Below, piece by piece: positions 8,602 to 18,800 of a stretch of 64,000 nucleotides of DNA (position 1 is the stretch's first letter; every line of letters starts with the position of its first letter). Source of the stretch: a virus (lineage: Duplodnaviria > Caudoviricetes); the IMG/VR virus record IMGVR_UViG_3300027255_000165, one strand, 5' to 3'. The notes below the pieces were generated by a model that was not told the origin of the DNA, did not search any database, and worked only from the letters and a program-made list of their open reading frames with translations. A program made the position numbers and the translations under genes.

Positions 8602-9344
8602 TACGCAGGTTGGTTTCTATTTCTATTTTTAGGATCGTTGTCCTTTAACCATCTTTTACCTAGCGGATTCTGAACAGGCGTATTCAAGTGTCTAATAACC
8701 TGCTTTTCAATCTGATCTAACAATTCACCGTCAGTTGAAGAGTTGTCAACGATCAACATCTTACCAACTCCAAATATCTTTTGAAATTTACCTAAGTTAT
8801 TTTGTACTTCTTGCCACATATCTTTAACCATTGAATCTTCAAGCTTACGCTCTCTCATTTGGTTTCTTTCCAGTGCAACTTCAAGTGAAGTGTTAACAAA
8901 AATCATATAAGTATCATAACCCAGATCCTGATAGAGTTGTCTATGACCTTTAATCCTATTGTAATCTTTACCCGTGCCGTCGATCACTTGACCTAACCTA
9001 CCAGTGATGTAATTATCTTGCATTCTCTTGGTCGTACCCTTGGCCTTATTTCTAAGACCCATGATCTCAGCCCATGTTTCTTCGTCCTGTGCATATTGGT
9101 GAAGCTTACCTGCGTCGTAACCAGCATCTTTTAGCATCTTCTCAAACTGATTGTCTGAGTTAACCAATTTTAGGCCTGTTGCGTAAGATACTGATGATTG
9201 TGCTCTCTTTGGAAAGTCAAACAACTCAGTTGCTACAAATGATTTACCTGAACCAGGCCCACCGGCCATGAAAAAGGCCTTTAAGATTCCTGGATCGTAA
9301 TACCCTTCGTTAACGAAGTCTTCAAACAGTTTAATTCTTTTCAT
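8601..9344 (-). CDS. Zeta-toxin-like/AAA_33 P-loop kinase with CTS-like start
   Basis: AGGPGSGKS Walker A, VIDGTG, ALERN..RER lid motif. Confidence 0.75.
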   Translation of the reverse strand: MKRIKLFEDFVNEGYYDPGILKAFFMAGGPGSGKSFVATELFDFPKRAQSSVSYATGLKLVNSDNQFEKMLKDAGYDAGKLHQYAQDEETWAEIMGLRNKAKGTTKRMQDNYITGRLGQVIDGTGKDYNRIKGHRQLYQDLGYDTYMIFVNTSLEVALERNQMRERKLEDSMVKDMWQEVQNNLGKFQKIFGVGKMLIVDNSSTDGELLDQIEKQVIRHLNTPVQNPLGKRWLKDNDPKNRNRNQPA

Positions 9345-9642
9345 CTTCTCCTTGTGGAATTTCTTTCTCGATGTTTAGTGACCATAATCTATCATTTGGA
9401 ACAATAAACTTACGCTGATGATCGTACAGATAGAAGGTAGTCTTATATATTCCTTGACGTACGATTCGAGCTTTTTTATTACCATTAATGTAAACGATAT
9501 CATCATTGTTGAAATCGTTACCCATCATAAACTTCAACCCACTCCAAGTTTGCGAGATTGCATCCTTTGCGGCTAGGATTAACAAACCAGTGATAACCCA
9601 TGCTCCCCACTCACCGAAGTAACGTTGAATTAGTTCTTCCAT
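9331..9642 (-). CDS. Small membrane protein with MscS-like beta domain
   Basis: One TM followed by G....N.DD.V.ING..A.I...G...T. Confidence 0.5.
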   Translation of the reverse strand: MEELIQRYFGEWGAWVITGLLILAAKDAISQTWSGLKFMMGNDFNNDDIVYINGNKKARIVRQGIYKTTFYLYDHQRKFIVPNDRLWSLNIEKEIPQGEDEKN

Positions 9643-10319
9643 TATGATAGTGACTTTAACATTGCGATTAATTCAGGTTGTGGGAATACATCTGATTTGT
9701 CCTTTCTAACTGAATTGTGGGTGTAAACGCCTGGTTCCATTGTGAAAGCTCTTTCAGTTAGACCCCAAATATCTTCATTGTAATCCAATGGAATATCGTA
9801 CACGTCATTCCAGTATAGAAGAAGGTTCTTAACTGACTCAATCTGTGCGTCAGAATACTTGTGATAGTACTTGTGACCCTTAAAAGGTTCTTCTAATTCA
9901 CAAACTTGGTCAGCTGGAACCACAGTATTAACGTAAGTGTAGAACTTACCATCCTTTAGAGTTAGAGGACCCCAAGCACAGATTTCAATACCGATTGAAT
10001 ACTTATCTAATTGCTTATAGGGTGCATTAAACACCTTGAAATGATCCTGCTTTAAGCCTAAGTGATAGGCCCAATACTTTGAAGAGAAACCCTGTACGAT
10101 CTCACCGTCTGGTGAATCTTTAGCACCAGTGTTAGAGATTGTAACACATGTTGCGATTCTACCTCTTTTATCGGCATCCCAGTTTCTCATTGTAGCTCTA
10201 CCCGAGGCGTTACCAGCAGTGTGGTGTAGGTAGATCTGATACTTTGCGCATTCCTCTTGAATGTACTCATCTGAGTTTAGAGGAAGCTGATGAATTGATT
10301 TAATGAATTCTTTGTCCAT
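9642..10319 (-). CDS. N-acetylmuramoyl-L-alanine amidase (Amidase_2, endolysin-like); start likely MDKEFIK at 10319
   Basis: LHHTAG, SIGIEIC, H...RKDKSD motifs; the ORF-track start at 10517 overlaps the neighbouring gene. Confidence 0.8.
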   Translation of the reverse strand: MDKEFIKSIHQLPLNSDEYIQEECAKYQIYLHHTAGNASGRATMRNWDADKRGRIATCVTISNTGAKDSPDGEIVQGFSSKYWAYHLGLKQDHFKVFNAPYKQLDKYSIGIEICAWGPLTLKDGKFYTYVNTVVPADQVCELEEPFKGHKYYHKYSDAQIESVKNLLLYWNDVYDIPLDYNEDIWGLTERAFTMEPGVYTHNSVRKDKSDVFPQPELIAMLKSLS

Positions 10320-10350
10320 TGTCGGTTGTGTTGTAGTTTCTACACTCGGT

Positions 10351-11025
10351 TCAGTAGGAATCGGTGTTGGTGTGGCTTGCGAGCCAGTGTCCGATTTGCT
10401 TTCCGTATTCGATGTCACTCGGGAAGTGGAGACCACCGATGTAACGCGAGTAGCTGACTTTTTCTGGAACAGTTTGAAAAGCATCTCGATGTAGGGGATA
10501 AACTTTTGATAAAACATCTGCTATTAATTGTGATTGTGCCGAATGACCAGAAGGAAATGAAGGTGTTCCAGCCGTGTAAGCTTTACCCACATTCATTTTG
10601 ATACCTAACATTGGTGCCAATTGAAAGGGTCTTGGACGATTCCATTTATACTTCAATTGTAAAATGATGTCACCTGACTCTTCAATCAATCTGTCAACGT
10701 ATTCTTTGTTCCATTTAATTCCAAGATCTTTACAAATCTTTTCAAATTTCCATTCAAAACCAGAATCGTACTTGCTAACAATCTTTTGTTGCTTTTTCTT
10801 ACCAACCGCCTCAATATCTCTTGCCATCTGCAACAACTCTTGACGAGTTTGCGAAGAGGAATTAGAAGGTGGAACTTGGACTGGAGCGTTTTCAGCTTTA
10901 GTGTGAATCAATCCGTTTTCAATTGGATTTTCCATCCTCTCGACGTGCCTAGGTTTAGGCTGTTTAGAAAAAACAGCCCTGTCTAAAGACCAGTTGTCGT
11001 AGCTTTCGAGAATCCTTTTGTCCAT
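10351..11025 (-). CDS. PAP2-superfamily phosphatase / haloperoxidase-like
   Basis: K..WNRPRP, FPSGH and SR..GGLHFPSD motifs. Confidence 0.85.
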   Translation of the reverse strand: MDKRILESYDNWSLDRAVFSKQPKPRHVERMENPIENGLIHTKAENAPVQVPPSNSSSQTRQELLQMARDIEAVGKKKQQKIVSKYDSGFEWKFEKICKDLGIKWNKEYVDRLIEESGDIILQLKYKWNRPRPFQLAPMLGIKMNVGKAYTAGTPSFPSGHSAQSQLIADVLSKVYPLHRDAFQTVPEKVSYSRYIGGLHFPSDIEYGKQIGHWLASHTNTDSY

Positions 11026-11056
11026 CTATTATTTATCTGACAAAAAGAAAGGGGTC

Positions 11057-11353
11057 TTAAGCGACCCCTTTATCATTAAACTTATCTAATTCGTCTTTTA
11101 ATTCAAAGACTCGCCATTCATAATCATACAATTCCTCTTTTGAAATCTTACCATGCTTAAATAGCTTTTTAGCATGATTATATTCTTCAGTGGCCTTTTT
11201 GAGCATATTCTTGATTTGAGACTTGGTCTTATAATCAACACTCTCGTGTAAGTCCTCTTTGGTTGCTTTTTGACGAGCTTCGCTCTTAGGTCTAACAACT
11301 AAACAGAAATTGCTGAATAGGCTACAAAACTTATCAGCGTTATCCATAGACAT
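11057..11353 (-). CDS. Hypothetical protein
   Basis: 98-aa ORF in gene order. Confidence 0.6.
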   Translation of the reverse strand: MSMDNADKFCSLFSNFCLVVRPKSEARQKATKEDLHESVDYKTKSQIKNMLKKATEEYNHAKKLFKHGKISKEELYDYEWRVFELKDELDKFNDKGVA

Positions 11354-11371
11354 GGCGCAATAGAGTTATTT

Positions 11372-11758
11372 TTAAGCGTACTTTTGATACGACTTTTCTT
11401 CGACTAGGTCTGAACCTGTAGCCAAATTGATGTTCTTTTTAATCTCGGCTCTTTCGTCGTTCGTGTAATAAACTGAACGTGCTAACTCAATGAAATCTTG
11501 ACCAAAATTATTATCGCGTTCACAATCGCGAATCAAATCTTCAACATTCCAAAGAGTTTTGTTAATATTAAGAAGGTCTTTGTAAAGGGTTGCAACTGTC
11601 AATGGATTCAATGATTTAATTGATTCCACTGCCTGAGTCAAAGAATCGTACTCGTTTTGTACATTAGCCAATTTGGCCTCGTCTTTAATCTCTTGTAATT
11701 TGATTTCTAGGATACTGTACTTATCCAAGATCTCGCCATTAGATACTTCAATTTTCAT
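11372..11758 (-). CDS. DUF6165-like protein
   Basis: EVSNGEILDKYSILEIK...LW.VED.IR.CE....F...FIELARSVY..NDERA..K pattern. Confidence 0.7.
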   Translation of the reverse strand: MKIEVSNGEILDKYSILEIKLQEIKDEAKLANVQNEYDSLTQAVESIKSLNPLTVATLYKDLLNINKTLWNVEDLIRDCERDNNFGQDFIELARSVYYTNDERAEIKKNINLATGSDLVEEKSYQKYA

Positions 11759-11805
11759 AATGTGTAAAATATATTTACTAGTTATATATCGATGAAAGGA
11801 ATTGT

Positions 11806-13656
11806 TTACTCTACGGTGACAGATTTTGCCAAATTTCTTGGCTTATCAACATTGCATCCACGTTGCACCGCAATCTGATAGGAGAGCAACTGTAGTGGAA
11901 TAACTGTCAATAAAGGAGTTAGCAATTCTTCTGTCTCAGGTATCTCAATGACATCGTCAGCGATCCCTCGAATCAACTCATCTCCTTTTGTCACAATTGC
12001 GATAACTTTACCTTTACGAGCTTTAACCTCTTGCATGTTTGACACCACTTTACCGTATGATGAATCATTTGGAACGATAAAAACCGATGGACACTGTTCG
12101 TCAATTAATGCAATTGGTCCATGTTTCATTTCACCAGCTGGATAACCTTCAGCGTGAATGTATGAGATCTCTTTTAGCTTCAAAGAGCCTTCCAAAGCAA
12201 CCGGGAAGTTAATGCCTCTGGCGAGGTATAGAAAGTCCTGGTATTCATCAATTGCGTACTTATTTGCTACTTCAAATATGTGATTCGTGTCATCCAGGAT
12301 CGTTCTAATCTTGCCTGGGATGTGCTTGAGGGCTAATTTTAGCTTAATGTAATCATTATCGGTGATTGAATTCAATTGACGAGCCATTTTGATCGCCAGC
12401 AGAGAAAGAGCTGCAACTTGACCAGTAAATGCTTTAGTCGAAGCTACTCCAATTTCAATTCCAGAGTGTGTGTAAATGCCTGCATCAGCCAATCGAGAAA
12501 TAGAAGAACCTACAACATTAACGATTCCAAATAGAGTGGCACCTCTTTCACGAGCCATTTCCATCGCCGCCTTTGTATCTGCGGTCTCACCAGACTGAGA
12601 AATTGAGATTACTACATCACCTGGACGAATAATTGGGTCTTTGTACCTGAATTCTGACGCATAATCAACCTCAACTGGGATTCGAGTCAGCTTTTCAATC
12701 ATATTTTTACCAATTAGACCTGCATGCCATGAAGTTCCGCATGCAATGATGAAGATTTTGTTAGCTCGAAGCAATTGAGGCAGCACATTTTCAACTCCAC
12801 CCATCATCAAGGGTTCTTCACCTTCTGTCAAACGTCCACGAAGACAATTCCACACTGAATCTGGCTGTTCGTAGATCTCTTTTAACATGAATGAGTCATA
12901 ACCACCCTTTTCGATCGTATCAAGCTCTAATTCTACCTTTTCGATCACTGGATCTACTTCCGAAGCGTCCAAATTGATGATTCGAAGTGTCTTTTTGTCT
13001 TCGACGACTGCAATTTGCTCATCATTAAGGTAAATTATGTCCTTAGTGTACTCTACAATTGGTGTAGCATCAGACGCGATGATAAATTCGCCTTCTCCGA
13101 TGCCAATTGCAAGGGGAGATGACTTTCGAGCCATTACCATGTCAGTTGAATCAACACTAATAACTAAGATCGCATAAGCACCAACAACATCTTGTAATGC
13201 AAAACGTACTGCATTTGCAAAATCGCAAGTAGATGTAGTCCAAATGTACTCAATCCAGTTGGCTAAAACCTCAGTATCGGTATCAGATTGGAACGTAAAG
13301 CCCTCTTGAATCAGCTTTTTCTTTAGGGTCTCATAGTTTTCAATGATACCGTTGTGAACTAGGGTTACTTTACCCTGCATTGAAGTGTGTGGGTGTGCAT
13401 TTCTAACAGCCGGTTCACCATGGGTTGCCCATCGAGTGTGACCAATTGCACAATCTACTTCCCAACTTTGATCTTCGGGGATGGCTTCATATAGATTATC
13501 GACACCACCGACTGAACGGTGAACTCTGATACCTAATCCGTCTTTAATTGCAATACCCGCAGAATCATATCCTCTATATTCTAGTCTTTGAAGACCTTTA
13601 ATAACTACGCCAGGTCCTACGAGGTCCTTACCAATGTATCCTACGATTCCACACAT
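11806..13656 (-). CDS. glmS: Glutamine-fructose-6-phosphate aminotransferase
   Basis: MCGIVG start, LEYRGYDSAG, GHTRWATHG, VASTKAF, KPRNLAKSVTVE end. Confidence 0.98.
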   Translation of the reverse strand: MCGIVGYIGKDLVGPGVVIKGLQRLEYRGYDSAGIAIKDGLGIRVHRSVGGVDNLYEAIPEDQSWEVDCAIGHTRWATHGEPAVRNAHPHTSMQGKVTLVHNGIIENYETLKKKLIQEGFTFQSDTDTEVLANWIEYIWTTSTCDFANAVRFALQDVVGAYAILVISVDSTDMVMARKSSPLAIGIGEGEFIIASDATPIVEYTKDIIYLNDEQIAVVEDKKTLRIINLDASEVDPVIEKVELELDTIEKGGYDSFMLKEIYEQPDSVWNCLRGRLTEGEEPLMMGGVENVLPQLLRANKIFIIACGTSWHAGLIGKNMIEKLTRIPVEVDYASEFRYKDPIIRPGDVVISISQSGETADTKAAMEMARERGATLFGIVNVVGSSISRLADAGIYTHSGIEIGVASTKAFTGQVAALSLLAIKMARQLNSITDNDYIKLKLALKHIPGKIRTILDDTNHIFEVANKYAIDEYQDFLYLARGINFPVALEGSLKLKEISYIHAEGYPAGEMKHGPIALIDEQCPSVFIVPNDSSYGKVVSNMQEVKARKGKVIAIVTKGDELIRGIADDVIEIPETEELLTPLLTVIPLQLLSYQIAVQRGCNVDKPRNLAKSVTVE

Positions 13657-13662
13657 ATACTT

Positions 13663-14556
13663 TTACTTTATTTTATTTATAAAGCTCAAAACAGTTTCAG
13701 AAGAAGACCATCCAAGCTCTTTTTTAATCTTATCAGTATTAGCACATGATCTTCTGGGCTCTTTTCTGGCCGGAATGTGCTTTATTTCGCCGCCAAAAGC
13801 TTCTGCAATCTCAAGAATAGTTAACTCTTCACCTGTTCCAACGTTCATAACTCTAAATACTGGGCTTGGTTTTTCTGCAGCAGTAACAAAGGCTCGAGCT
13901 ACATCGTTAACGTAAATGTAATCTCTAGTTTGAAGACCGTCTCCGGTTACTGTTATAGGTTCAAATGCCTCAAACTGTTTTAAGAATAGTGCAACGGCTG
14001 GAGCATAAGAACCTGAAGAAGGCTGGCCTTCGCCATAGACGTTAAACAATCTCAGAGCAGTACAATTCATACCAAAATTATTCTGATATGCGGCCATCAA
14101 GTGCTCAGACTTTAACTTCCACTGTGCATACGGTGACATTGGATTCAATTCAATTGATTCCATGACTGGAACTTCAATCGGTTCGCCATATACCGCAGCT
14201 GTTGATGCAAATACAAATCTTTTCACCCTGTTATTCAAGCACCAATCTAACATCCGTTTGGTTGTCATATAACAATGTTGCTCGTATTTCTGAGGGTTCT
14301 CTAATGACTCTTGAACAGAAGTTGTAGCTGCTAAGTGGAAAACTACGTCAACACCTTCAACCTCTGGTAGAAGATCATAAGTTAAGTCTAATTTCTTAAA
14401 CTCAACTGATTTGGATTGTGGAATTGATTTTAACAATCTATCAAGTTTACCGGTTGATAGATTGTCCCAAACCTCAACTTCATAACCTTTTTCTAAAAGA
14501 GACTTAACTAGATGATGACCAATAAAGCCGGCACCTCCTGTTACAAGAGCTTTCAT
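13663..14556 (-). CDS. NAD-dependent epimerase/dehydratase
   Basis: GGAGFIG, SPYAQWK (YxxxK), RDYIYV.D. Confidence 0.92.
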   Translation of the reverse strand: MKALVTGGAGFIGHHLVKSLLEKGYEVEVWDNLSTGKLDRLLKSIPQSKSVEFKKLDLTYDLLPEVEGVDVVFHLAATTSVQESLENPQKYEQHCYMTTKRMLDWCLNNRVKRFVFASTAAVYGEPIEVPVMESIELNPMSPYAQWKLKSEHLMAAYQNNFGMNCTALRLFNVYGEGQPSSGSYAPAVALFLKQFEAFEPITVTGDGLQTRDYIYVNDVARAFVTAAEKPSPVFRVMNVGTGEELTILEIAEAFGGEIKHIPARKEPRRSCANTDKIKKELGWSSSETVLSFINKIK

Positions 14557-14558
14557 AA

Positions 14559-15206
14559 TTATAACTTTTGAAAGAAGGTAATGAAATCAATTCCATTCCA
14601 CTGATCAACTGGAGCGAATTGAATTGGCTTTTGACTTATAACTTTAAATCCTTGAGCTTCAACCATATCTTTCATTTCTTCAGGAGTCATATTAGATCTA
14701 CCCGCGACGTTATTAAATGAAAGTTCAGATCCTCCCATTAGATTAGAGTGATGAATCCAACCGTAACCACCAGGAACCAACACACGTTGCATTTCTTTTA
14801 CGTATTCATTAATTACATTCTTGTGCATGTGAACAAATGAATCAAAAGAAAAAACCAAGTCCTGTGATAGATCTTCAACTCCAACTAGACTTTTTCCATC
14901 TCCAACTCCGTAACTTGCTACATGAGCTCCTAGCTTTTCTTTGGTCTTTTGAATGCATATCGGATTCATATCGACGACAGACAATCTACCCGCAACAATA
15001 GCTAAAAATTGAGTGATGCGACCAAATCCAGGCGCAATTTCAGTGATGTTAGCGCCTCTAAAAGGTTTCAAATCATCAAAGATGTATTTATTCCATAGGT
15101 TTTCAGTGGTGCCAAATGACCCGGACCACTCATGTCCTCCATTAACCCAAATTGATTCGTCATTCCAGAACTTTTGTTCTTCAATGTTATAAAAGGTTGT
15201 TTCCAT
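14559..15206 (-). CDS. Class I SAM-dependent methyltransferase
   Basis: EIAPGFGR motif I; D.VFSFD.FVH. Confidence 0.85.
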   Translation of the reverse strand: METTFYNIEEQKFWNDESIWVNGGHEWSGSFGTTENLWNKYIFDDLKPFRGANITEIAPGFGRITQFLAIVAGRLSVVDMNPICIQKTKEKLGAHVASYGVGDGKSLVGVEDLSQDLVFSFDSFVHMHKNVINEYVKEMQRVLVPGGYGWIHHSNLMGGSELSFNNVAGRSNMTPEEMKDMVEAQGFKVISQKPIQFAPVDQWNGIDFITFFQKL

Positions 15207-15216
15207 AATTTAGTTT

Positions 15217-15894
15217 TTATTTGATAAAGAACCAGCTTTTGGCCCATTCGTTAGTTAGATTTAAGACTTCAATGTTGTTGGTTTCACAAAATTCATCGAC
15301 GGCTGGATTAACTCCAAAAACACCTGCATACTTCAATTCTGCACCCGGTGTCCCATCACTGGTCCACATGTACTTGTCTTTCATGTTAGGATGATCAAGC
15401 TCAGGTTTGTAAGACCAATCAAAGTCAAGATAGTCGTGTCCAGCGAACAAGCCACCCTTTTTCAATTTAGGCCACCACAACTCCATGTCCTGTTTGACGT
15501 AATCGTATGTGTGGTTACCATCAATGTATACGTAATCTAAGGATTCATCTTCAAAGATTTCAACCAATTGTTCACCAAGTCCACGTAGCATAAAAGCACG
15601 ATCTTCAAATCCACGAATCGATTCCATCGTTCTTTCATACGCATCCATGTGATTTGCATGATTTGATGCATCCTCATACTCTTTTCCCAAGGGTCTCCAA
15701 GGATCGATCATGTATAGTGTACCATTCCATCTCTGAAGTACGTGTCGACTCCATTCGCCTTTAAAGACTCCAATTTCAACTCCTTTCTTGGCGCCAATAG
15801 TGGTCAGCATCTCAGGTATAATACCCCTATCAGATGTGTGTACTTTCTTCTGTAACGATACTTTTTCCATAATTCCAATTGTTAACTTGTTCAA
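15217..15894 (-). CDS. Methyltransf_24-type methyltransferase (true start probably ~15870)
   Basis: GVEIGVFKG, YIDGNHTY..V..D...W..K.K.GG..AGHDY. Confidence 0.85.
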   Translation of the reverse strand: MNKLTIGIMEKVSLQKKVHTSDRGIIPEMLTTIGAKKGVEIGVFKGEWSRHVLQRWNGTLYMIDPWRPLGKEYEDASNHANHMDAYERTMESIRGFEDRAFMLRGLGEQLVEIFEDESLDYVYIDGNHTYDYVKQDMELWWPKLKKGGLFAGHDYLDFDWSYKPELDHPNMKDKYMWTSDGTPGAELKYAGVFGVNPAVDEFCETNNIEVLNLTNEWAKSWFFIK

Positions 15895-18800
15895 TTACTG
15901 ACGATGCAGAAATGGTTTTTGTACACTCAAAGTGGCGTTCATTGCCCTTACCAGTTGGACACCAGTTCCAGTCTCCACGGTTAAAGTGGTCCCAAGCCCA
16001 GCAAGAGTTACACACATCTTTGTTAATGATACGAAGGGTCTTATCGTCCATGAACTCGCACTCCTCAGGTGTGAAGCCAGAGATCATCACTACTGGGGTT
16101 TCAGTACACCATGCCAACCAAGATAGGCCAGAAGAAATTCCGTAGAACACTTCAGCACCATTGATGAGGGCAAAAGTTTCGCCCATGTCTTCAGGTCCTT
16201 GAATGAAACCTTTCAAATCGTTGTTACCCTCTTTAGATACATGATACACATCGTAACCTTTAGCCGTATAGTGGTCAATCAGGTCTTGCCAACCGGTAGG
16301 ATTGTTCCAGTATTTGGCTTGTGCGGTCGATTGTGTAGCGATACAAATGTAGGGCCGATCTTGTTGGTGCTTGCTAGTGTATTGTAGTTTAGGAGCTTTT
16401 CTAATCGATGGTAGGCCCAAGTGATCAGTTGCGATGTCACCTAAGTAGATCTTACGCCAATCTCTTTTATTCCTATTAGGGAACCATGGAGTTCCTGGAG
16501 GATCTTCCATGTAAACTCCAACCTCCCATCGAGCGTACGTGTCTTCGGGTGAATCGCCTGGAGCGATAAACTCGACACCTCGTAGGTGGTAGTGGTCCTG
16601 GTCAAACAACCAGTTCTTGTGGGTACTAAGGTACAACTTGCTAAGGCCATGTTTGAACTTAAATTCAACCGCTGCTTCAACCCAACTTAGAGTGTCTCCT
16701 AGAGAACCTGAATTAAATTGAATGTGAGCCACTTTGTCTTCGAGTTCCATCTTGTGCTCCTTGCCGTCAATCTTAACGGTCCAATCTCGGAACCATTCGT
16801 CGGCCGGCCTGCACCAATAGCCCTCAGCTTGTAAGGTACTTTTGTATACCAATTCACCATCAGCCCAAAATTCTACATCAAGTGGGCGGCCGGCCTTTGA
16901 TCGGACAGTTGGGCCGTTGTTCCACTGGATTGTGTACCCATCTCTGATTTGAGCGGTTCTGATCACTGGGCCTTTAAGGGTTTTCATGTAAGCTTGTAAG
17001 TGTTCTTGCTTGAATTTAGCCATGGCTTGGTCGTTTTGTTTTCTATGAATTGGAGATTTTAAGGCTTCAACCAATCGGAGGGGATCGGTGGTGTCTCCTT
17101 GGATTTCTGTGAGCTGCCCTGTATACATTGAGTGGTACTGCGACAGGTTACGAGCCATCACTGGGATTGGGTAGCCTAGGGCCTGACGAAGGGCCAAGGG
17201 GTTACACTCCCAGGTAGAGTTAAAGACCACTCCATCTGCCAGTTGGTAGAATGTGTTGATGTCGTTACGCTCGCCGTGGATGTGGACGTTCGGAGGCAAG
17301 TCCTGCATGATGGGGCCCCAGTAGCTTTCGAAGTTTTCAGCCTGGTTGCCTATGAAGTGGAACTGGTATTGACCGGGGTATTGCTGTTCCAGGGTGCGGG
17401 CCCATTCAACGGCTTCTCCTTGGTTTTTGCCTTGGGTCCAGAGACCGATATTGATTAGATGTTTTGCATCGGATAAATGCTCCAATTCTAAAATTTCCAA
17501 AGATTTTCTCCTTTGCAACTCGGACTTAGTCTGAGGAATGATTGGATAGAAGGCTTCAAACTTCTCGGATGGTTCCTCGGAGAATGTCTCAAGCGTGTGG
17601 TGAGGAGTGACAAACAAATAGGCATCAGGAGAGATGCGTTTGTTTTCTCTCGGATTGAACCAAATGTTGTGACAAGTTTCCACAATCCTCCAAGGATGCG
17701 ATGACTGGTAGATCCATGATTGGCACTCTTCTGACATTTTGTTGAAACCATCAAAGGCCTCTGGACTTTCCTCGATGTGAATAACGTCAGGTTGAATCTG
17801 ACTAATGATTTGCTTTAGACGCTCTTCACGTTCTGAATCTTCCATTGAACCTAGGTGACCAATTTCATGGAATCTATCACCTAACATTTGGCGAATCTGG
17901 TCCCTTTGAACAACGTATGTTGTAGCGTAACATGTGAACTCGACGACATGAAGCTCAACAGAAGGCTCGTCAATCAGGGCCTTTAGTCGACCCAATAGGA
18001 ATTCTGGCATGCCACCCGTTGAAAGGTGAGGGGCCAAGAATAGAATTCTTTTCTTAGAATTACGAGATCTTTCATCGGCGTGAATCTTGTTATAAGAATC
18101 AATAGCAGAAAAACCGTCGGCTTGCAGTGCAACAGGTTGGTCAAAAATACCAATGTTGAACTTGCCCATCATGATGTTGTTTAGATAAATGTCAGCTGCA
18201 GTCCACTTTTGATGAATAAACCTGTCTGAACAATAGTATTGAACTCTATTGTGTAACATTACCAATTGTGCTCCGATAACTTTATTTACCACGTGAATAT
18301 CTCCAATCTTATATCGTGTAGATGAAATTAGATCGTTAAAATCATGCAGAGAATAGCGTGAACCGAATGAAAAATATGAAATGTTATGTAATTCACAAGC
18401 TTCATAAGCACGATTAATATCTTCCACGACCTCGTCGATTGGTTTGGTCAAGAAAGAATCTCCTTCGGCAAAGATTAAAGCATCTATGTCTTCTGTGAAA
18501 TGTTCTAAACCAGAATCAACGAATGCACGATAATTGCCATAATGACCTGGACCGATGGGAACCTTGTCAAACTGATCAGGGTACTCAAAGGTTTCACGAG
18601 GAGGAGCGTCCTTCCAGCGTTCATTCCAAATTTGAATGTATTCAATACCTCGATCTGCAAGTTGAGAAATACTATCGATTGATCTTTGTTGACGTTCAGG
18701 CGAATGATCATCCTTTAAAAGCAAATGAACCAATCTGATCTTTGGTCTAACATCGTATCTTTGACATACTGCCTCGAACACTGGATTCACTCCTGGGTGA

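Noticed and set aside
9642-10517. ORF-track start at 10517 for the amidase
   Set aside because: It overlaps the PAP2 gene by more than 160 nt and adds a low-complexity extension; 10319 is more plausible.
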